A stretch of DNA of 64,000 nucleotides from Rhizobium sp. (lineage in GTDB: Bacteria; Pseudomonadota; Alphaproteobacteria; Rhizobiales; Rhizobiaceae), in NCBI GenBank assembly GCA_027533385.1, contig JAPZUE010000009.1, positions 174,486-238,485 of the forward strand, in the 5' to 3' direction. Shown here in pieces: positions 58,305 through 64,000 of this stretch; position 1 is the first letter of the stretch, and each line of letters begins with the position of its first letter. Below the pieces are notes generated by a model. That model was not told the DNA's origin. It was given only the letters and a program-made list of their open reading frames with translations, and searched no databases. The translations under genes were made by a program, and so were the position numbers.

Positions 58305-59468
58305 TCAGCGCTGAAGTCTCTGCTCTGCCAGGCGCACCCAATAGGAGATCCCGGCGGCCATCGCCTCATCGTTGAAGTCATAGGCCGGGTTGTGCAGGCC
58401 GGCACTGTCGCCATTGCCGATCAGGATATAGGCGCCAGGGCGGGCCTGCAGCATGAAGGCAAAATCTTCGCCGGCCATCGTCGGGTCGACTTCCGTGTCG
58501 ACCTTGTCTCTGCCCACCACATCCATGGCGGCGCGGGCCGCATGGTCGGTTTCATCGGGGTGGTTCACCGTGACGGGGCAGGCGCGCTCGTATTCGTAGT
58601 CGATCGAGGCCCCATGGGCTGCTGCGATGCCTGCAGCCAGTTCGCCGATCCGGCGTTCTGCAAGGTCGCGCACCTGTTCATCGAGTGACCGGACGGTTCC
58701 GGAGATGAAGGCCTCTTCCGGGATGATGTTGTGGGTCGTCCCGGCGTGAAACTGGGTGACCGACACGACGACGGAACGCAGCGGATTGGCGTTGCGCGAG
58801 GCGATCGTCTGAAGGGCGTTGACGATCTGGGAACCGATCACGATGGTGTCGGCGGTGTTATGCGGCTCTGCCGCATGGCCGCCGCGGCCGATGATCTTCA
58901 GGGAAAACTTGTCGGGGGCTGCCATGATGCCGCCCTTGCGGATGGCGAAACTGCCGACCGGGCTGCCCGGCATGTTGTGCATGCCGTAGATTTCCTCGAT
59001 GCCGAAGCGCTCCATCAGCCCGTCTTCGACCATGGCCAGCGCGCCGCGTCCGCCTTCTTCCGCTGGCTGGAAGACCACCGCCACACGACCAGAAAAATTG
59101 CGCGTCTCGGCGAGGTATTTGGCCGCGCCGAGCAGCATGGCCGTGTGACCGTCATGCCCACAGGCATGCATGCGGCCCGGAATTGTCGAGGCCCACGGCT
59201 TTCCGGTGATCTCCTCAAGTGGCAGGGCATCCATATCGGCGCGAAGGCCGATGGTGCGGCCTTCGCCGCCGGCTCCCTTGATGATCCCAACGACGCCGGT
59301 GCGGCCAAGTCCGGTCACGATTTCATCGACACCGAAGTCACGCAGCTTCGCCTCGACGAAGGCCGCAGTATTTTCGACATCATAGAGGATTTCCGGATTG
59401 GCATGCAGATGGCGGCGCCATTCGGTGGCCTCCGACTGAAGTTCGGAAGCTCTGTTCAGAAGAGGCAT
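58305..59468 (-). CDS. M20D amidohydrolase (hippurate hydrolase family)
   Basis: RRHLHANPE, RADMDAL, MHACGHDGH, FQPAEEG, GEDF. Confidence 0.92.
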   Translation of the reverse strand: MPLLNRASELQSEATEWRRHLHANPEILYDVENTAAFVEAKLRDFGVDEIVTGLGRTGVVGIIKGAGGEGRTIGLRADMDALPLEEITGKPWASTIPGRMHACGHDGHTAMLLGAAKYLAETRNFSGRVAVVFQPAEEGGRGALAMVEDGLMERFGIEEIYGMHNMPGSPVGSFAIRKGGIMAAPDKFSLKIIGRGGHAAEPHNTADTIVIGSQIVNALQTIASRNANPLRSVVVSVTQFHAGTTHNIIPEEAFISGTVRSLDEQVRDLAERRIGELAAGIAAAHGASIDYEYERACPVTVNHPDETDHAARAAMDVVGRDKVDTEVDPTMAGEDFAFMLQARPGAYILIGNGDSAGLHNPAYDFNDEAMAAGISYWVRLAEQRLQR

Positions 59469-59635
59469 TCTCTCGTCCTGCGTTCATTCTTGATCACGTT
59501 CATGCGTATCACGTGATTGTCGGCACGAATGTGCGCCTTTCAATTGACGTATTCAATGGGCTTTGCCATTCCTTCGCTACATAAGAGATCGCCGTGGCCT
59601 TGGCGAGTGACCAGCCGAACAAGAGGATCGAACTC

Positions 59636-60748
59636 GTGTTGACGAAGCGTCCCCCGATGTTGTCCACAAGCAAGACATTCCGCCGATTGGCGGTCGCCGT
59701 TTCCTTGATGGCGCTTGTCATGCCCGGAATGGCGGCGGCCAATCCGCAGATCGTGGTCGATGTCGGAAGCGGGCGGGTGATTGCCCACCAGGAGGCGTTT
59801 CGCAAGTGGTATCCGGCTTCGCTCACCAAGCTGATGACGGCCTATACCACTTTCCGTTCCATGCGGGCCGGAGAGCTCTCGCCCGAAACCGTCGTCGTGA
59901 TGAGCAAGCATGCGGCAGACCAGCCGGCGAGCAAGATGTGGTTCAAGCCGGGCTCGAAGCTGACGCTGGACAGCGCGATCAAGCTTCTGATCATCAAGTC
60001 CGCCAATGACGTGGCGGTCGCGATGGCAGAGACCATCAGCGGCAGCGAGGCCGCTTTCGTGCAGCGCATGAACCAGGAGGCTCAACGCCTTGGCATGACC
60101 TCGACCCGTTTCGTCAATCCGAACGGTCTGCCGGGCAAGGGCCAGTATACGACGGCGCGCGACATGGCGATCCTGGCTACCGCGATCCGGCGTGAGTTTC
60201 CGGAATATGCCGGTTACTTCGCGCTCGAAGGCGTGACGACGGGCAAGAAGGACTATCCGAACTTCAACCTGCTGGTCGGCCGTTTCCCGGGTGCCGATGG
60301 CATGAAGACGGGCTATGTCTGCGCGTCTGGCTTCAACCAGGTGTCGTCTGCCACGCGCAACGGCCGCACCGTGATCTCCGTCGTGCTTGGCTCCGACAGC
60401 CTTGGCGCCCGCGCCGATCTTTCTGCCGAGCTCCTGCAGAAGGGCCTCACCACGACGGTGGCCGGCAACCGTCTGGAACAGCTTCAGCCCTATGGTGAAG
60501 GTCAGGATCAGGTGACCGACATCAGCGCCGAGATCTGCAATCCGCAGGCCCGCAAGATCCGCAGCGAAGGCCGCGACGAAGCGGGTCGCATGAAGCTCCT
60601 CTCGCCCTATATCCGCGAGATGGGTCGTCCGCCGAAAATGAGCTTTGCCGGCCTGATCCCCGGCAGCGAACCGGTCGAGACCAAGAAGGGTGCCGGCACG
60701 GGTGAGATCGCCAACGTGCCGATCCCCAGGCCGCGTCCCACCTTCTGA
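59636..60748 (+). CDS. D-alanyl-D-alanine carboxypeptidase (S11)
   Basis: SxxK (PASLTK), SxN (SAN), KTG. Start is GTG 59636 or ATG 59657. Confidence 0.9.
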   Translation: MLTKRPPMLSTSKTFRRLAVAVSLMALVMPGMAAANPQIVVDVGSGRVIAHQEAFRKWYPASLTKLMTAYTTFRSMRAGELSPETVVVMSKHAADQPASKMWFKPGSKLTLDSAIKLLIIKSANDVAVAMAETISGSEAAFVQRMNQEAQRLGMTSTRFVNPNGLPGKGQYTTARDMAILATAIRREFPEYAGYFALEGVTTGKKDYPNFNLLVGRFPGADGMKTGYVCASGFNQVSSATRNGRTVISVVLGSDSLGARADLSAELLQKGLTTTVAGNRLEQLQPYGEGQDQVTDISAEICNPQARKIRSEGRDEAGRMKLLSPYIREMGRPPKMSFAGLIPGSEPVETKKGAGTGEIANVPIPRPRPTF

Positions 60749-60756
60749 GTTCAGCC

Positions 60757-61917
60757 ATGACCCAAAACCGCATTCCCGTCTCCATCCTCACCGGCTTTCT
60801 CGGTGCGGGCAAATCGACGCTTCTCAACCGGCTCCTCAAGGATCCGGCGATGAAGGACGCTGCCGTCATCATCAACGAGTTCGGTGAGGTCGGGATCGAC
60901 CATCTGCTGGTCGAAGCTTCCAATGATGCGGTGGTCGAGCTGTCCGACGGCTGCCTCTGCTGCACCGTGCGCGGCGAGTTGGTCGATACGCTGGCCGAGC
61001 TGATCGACGGCATGCAGACCGGCAAGATCAAACCGCTGTCGCGGGTGGTCATAGAGACCACGGGGCTTGCCGATCCGGCACCCGTCATGCAGTCGGTGAT
61101 GGGGCATCCGGCGATTGCCCAGCATTTCGATCTCGACGGCGTCGTGACGGTCGTCGATGCGGTCAACGGGCTGTCGACCATCGATACATATCCGGAAGCC
61201 TACAAGCAGGTTGCGGTGGCCGACCGGCTGCTCCTCACCAAGAAGACGCTGGCCGATGCCACGGCGATCTTGGAACTCACCGAGCGTCTGCGGGCGCTTA
61301 ATCCGCGTGCGCCGATCACCGATGGTGATGCGCCGGATGCGGGTTCGGCCGCGATGCTGGTCAACGGGCTCTACGATCCCGCAAGCAAGATCGCCGATGT
61401 CGATCGCTGGCTGAAGGACGAGATGGCGGCGGCGGACGATCATCACCACCATGATCACGACCATCACGGTCATCATCACCACGCCCACTCCCACTCTCAT
61501 GGGCATGGCCATCATCACCACCATGATGTGAACCGGCACGGCACGTCGATCCGGTCCTATTCGATCCTGCATGATGAGCCGATCGATCCGATGGCGATCA
61601 ACATGTTCGTCGATCTCCTGCGCTCGACCCATGGCGAAAAGCTTCTCAGGATGAAGGCCATCGTCGCGCTGACCGACCGTCCGGACAGGCCGCTGGTGCT
61701 GCATGGCGTGCAGTCGATCTTCCATCCGCCAGTGCGCCTGCCGGCCTGGCCCGAGGGCTCGGATCGCAAGACGCGGCTGGTGCTGATCACCCGGGATCTG
61801 TCGGAGAGCTATGTCCGGGACCTGTTTGGCGCCTTCACCGGCAAGGTCTCCATTGATCGCCCGGATCGTGCTGCCATGATGGACAACCCGCTGTCGATCC
61901 CTGGCTTCAAGTTCTAG
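60757..61917 (+). CDS. COG0523/CobW-family GTPase metallochaperone
   Basis: GFLGAGKS, INEFGE, GCLCC, ETTGLADP, His-rich insert, RMKAI. Confidence 0.92.
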   Translation: MTQNRIPVSILTGFLGAGKSTLLNRLLKDPAMKDAAVIINEFGEVGIDHLLVEASNDAVVELSDGCLCCTVRGELVDTLAELIDGMQTGKIKPLSRVVIETTGLADPAPVMQSVMGHPAIAQHFDLDGVVTVVDAVNGLSTIDTYPEAYKQVAVADRLLLTKKTLADATAILELTERLRALNPRAPITDGDAPDAGSAAMLVNGLYDPASKIADVDRWLKDEMAAADDHHHHDHDHHGHHHHAHSHSHGHGHHHHHDVNRHGTSIRSYSILHDEPIDPMAINMFVDLLRSTHGEKLLRMKAIVALTDRPDRPLVLHGVQSIFHPPVRLPAWPEGSDRKTRLVLITRDLSESYVRDLFGAFTGKVSIDRPDRAAMMDNPLSIPGFKF

Positions 61918-62156
61918 CCGGACTGCGTTGCACCCTTGCGGATATGGAAGCGGTGTCCGTCTTCCAGCCGCTCCTGCGCCAGCAATTCGTGGCCGTCTTC
62001 ATGGCAGAAATGCGGGATGTCGATGCCCGCAAGCGGATCTGTCGTTTCCACGATCAGTTCGTCGCCGGCCTGCATGTCGGCCATCCGCCGGCGGGTCTTC
62101 AAAACGGGAAGGGGGCATTTCAGCCCCCTCAGATCATAGGTCGGCGTTCCGGCCAT
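61914..62156 (-). CDS. tusA: TusA/SirA-family sulfurtransferase
   Basis: MAGTPTYDLRGLKCPLPVLKTRR...TTDP...DIPHFC; ATG at 62156. Confidence 0.88.
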   Translation of the reverse strand: MAGTPTYDLRGLKCPLPVLKTRRRMADMQAGDELIVETTDPLAGIDIPHFCHEDGHELLAQERLEDGHRFHIRKGATQSG

Positions 62157-62160
62157 GCCC

Positions 62161-63396
62161 TTACCAAAGCTTCCAGAAGGGCTTCTTCTCTTCGGCAGCA
62201 GGCGCGGCCTGCGCCGTCTGGGGGGCAAGCGGGTTCGGCTGCGGCACAGGAACGGCAGCGGTGGTCTGTGCCGTGGCCGGGGCTGCCGTTGTGGCCGGCT
62301 GTGCAGCCTGGGTCTGCGGATCGCCGTTCGGATTGGTCGCCATCTGGTTGACGGCGGCGGTGCCGGTTGCGGCCGCAAGCTTTGCCGGATCGACTTCGTC
62401 CAGGTCGAGCAGCCTGCCCGCCTTCAGTGCGGAGCCTGTCGGCGCGAAGGCAAGGTCATGGGCGCGCGACTTGCGCAGGTCGGCGACCAGCGCCTTGCGC
62501 TCGGCTTCCGTCGGATCATACCAGATCTTGCCGTCATACTTCTTCAGCGCCTTGGCATAGGCGGCATCATAGGCTTCGTTGAAGCCATTGAGCGCGACCG
62601 AAAGGGCCGGCGGCGTGCTCATCGGCGGGCAGGCGCCCTGCGGGTTGAAGCTCGAGCCTTCCGGGACCGACTGGTTGAAGACGTATTTCTTCTCGCAGAC
62701 ATTGACCACCGGCGGGCGCTTGGTGATCTCGAAATGATCGTAGCCGACCTTCAGCGTCTTCCAGAAATCGAAATGCGGGCTGTGGCGGTGACGCGCCATG
62801 TTTTCCGCGGTCATGCGGAAGGGGAAGGCCTGCAGCTGGATCGCCTGCTGACCGCCCTTGAAGGCGTCCCGGGCAAAGGCGTAGATCTCCAGCATCTGGG
62901 CATCGGTCATCGAATAGCAGCCCGAGGACGAGCAGGCGCCATGGATCATCAGATGCGTGCCGGTGCGGCCGTTGGCGCGGTCGAACTGGTTCGGAAAACC
63001 GGTGTTGATCGCCAGGAAATACTTGGAGTTCGGGTTCAGGTGATAGGGCGTCAGCGGATAGAAGCCTTCCGGTGCCTGTCGGTCGCCCTCCTTGATCTTC
63101 GGGCCCAGGCGTCCGGACCAGGCGCAGATGTCGTATTCCACGACCTTGTCGAAGCGCCCGTTGGTCTTCGCCTTCCAGACCTCCAGAATACCCTCTTCCT
63201 TGAAGATGCGGATCATGATCGGCGAGGTGCGATCCATGCCCTTCTTGCGGATTTCGGCAAGCAGGCGGGGAGGAAGCGGCTGCTCGACCTTGTTGGCAAC
63301 GCGCGGCGTCTCATAGGCCGCGCTCTCCAACGTGTCATTGCAGCCGGCAAGGGCGGCGGCGAAAATCAGAACCAGGGCCGTCGATGTCAAGCGCAT
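62161..63396 (-). CDS. Murein L,D-transpeptidase-family lipoprotein
   Basis: Lipobox LAGC, KEGDRQAPEGFY, catalytic IHGACSSSGC. Confidence 0.88.
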   Translation of the reverse strand: MRLTSTALVLIFAAALAGCNDTLESAAYETPRVANKVEQPLPPRLLAEIRKKGMDRTSPIMIRIFKEEGILEVWKAKTNGRFDKVVEYDICAWSGRLGPKIKEGDRQAPEGFYPLTPYHLNPNSKYFLAINTGFPNQFDRANGRTGTHLMIHGACSSSGCYSMTDAQMLEIYAFARDAFKGGQQAIQLQAFPFRMTAENMARHRHSPHFDFWKTLKVGYDHFEITKRPPVVNVCEKKYVFNQSVPEGSSFNPQGACPPMSTPPALSVALNGFNEAYDAAYAKALKKYDGKIWYDPTEAERKALVADLRKSRAHDLAFAPTGSALKAGRLLDLDEVDPAKLAAATGTAAVNQMATNPNGDPQTQAAQPATTAAPATAQTTAAVPVPQPNPLAPQTAQAAPAAEEKKPFWKLW

Positions 63397-63576
63397 GCGC
63401 AAACGCTCTTTCCAGGAACACATGTTGAGGCTCAGAACGAGCCAGTCATGCGTAGTTTAGAACTGCTTTCTTCACAAATTATAAACCAATGACGGCCGAT
63501 TTCCTCAATCGTCTTCCGCCGCTAGTCCTGCAAAGCGGCGGAGTGATGGCAAATTGCCGCAGCAATTCGCTCTCTC

Positions 63577-64000
63577 TCAGAGATTACGGCCGATATCGAG
63601 GAATTTCTGACGACGGTCGGCGCGCAGCTTGTCGCCGCTTTGCGGGGTCAGTTCGGCCAGCGCATTGGCAATCACGTCGCCGGTCGCGCCAATCACCTTT
63701 TCCGGGGCGCGATGGGCGCCGCCGACGGGCTCGGGGATGATCGCATCGATGATCCCGAGACCTTTGAGGTCTTCCGCCGTGATCTTCATATTGGTCGCGG
63801 CTTCCTTGGCGCGGGTGGAGTCGCGCCAGAGGATGGATGCCGCCCCTTCCGGCGAGATGACCGAATAGATCGCATGCTCAAGCATGTAGACGCGGTTGCC
63901 GGTGGCAATCGCGATCGCGCCACCCGAGCCGCCTTCGCCGATGACGACAGAGACCATCGGTACCTTCAGCGACAGGCACATCTCGGTGGAGCGGGCAATG
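63577..64000 (-). CDS. accA: Acetyl-CoA carboxylase carboxyltransferase alpha subunit, 3' part (partial)
   Basis: IGEGGSGGAIA, YSVISPEGAASILWRD, IPEPVGGAHR. Confidence 0.93.
   Translation of the reverse strand, partial: IARSTEMCLSLKVPMVSVVIGEGGSGGAIAIATGNRVYMLEHAIYSVISPEGAASILWRDSTRAKEAATNMKITAEDLKGLGIIDAIIPEPVGGAHRAPEKVIGATGDVIANALAELTPQSGDKLRADRRQKFLDIGRNL

Noticed and set aside
59543-59557. ATTGA-CGTAT-TCAAT as an FNR box
   Set aside because: It is one base too short for TTGA-N6-TCAA. It could be another operator (T-N11-A-like), but nothing supports an assignment.
63454-63465. AGTTTAGAACTG as an Irr/ICE site
   Set aside because: Only a half-site matches; the right half is absent.

Overview
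This is a GC-rich alphaproteobacterial chromosome segment, most likely Rhizobiaceae (inferred from gene content and order). The housekeeping backbone is sucC(end)-sucD-sucA-sucB-[3 passenger genes]-lpdA, xerC, priA, atpHAGDC, cheW/mcp, arginase/Lrp, tamBA, form II coxSLM, hemA, dxr, tRNA-Arg(CCT), an M20 amidohydrolase, a D,D-carboxypeptidase, cobW-like, tusA, an L,D-transpeptidase and accA(end). Two accessory-looking blocks stand out. (1) At 20.8-35.8 kb: an orphan LysR/aldehyde dehydrogenase/enolase-superfamily/GMC-oxidoreductase catabolic operon with a visible T-N11-A operator, a Thermus-like allosteric L-LDH, a two-cysteine BigR/SqrR-like repressor coupled to fdsR, and the fdsGBACD formate dehydrogenase operon interrupted by a CGTC-type REP doublet. 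(2) At 53.3-58.1 kb, an islet beside tRNA-Arg: a P1B-5 ATPase lacking hemerythrin, yciF-like ferritin, an EcfG-type sigma, a NepR-like gene but no PhyR, an unannotated 45-aa ORF and two unknown small proteins. Six GGAAC-N16-NGTT promoter motifs lie in about 1.7 kb of this islet, and two of them form one bidirectional element. The islet is the best candidate for an undescribed system. All family assignments come from motif recognition by eye; no database searches were run.
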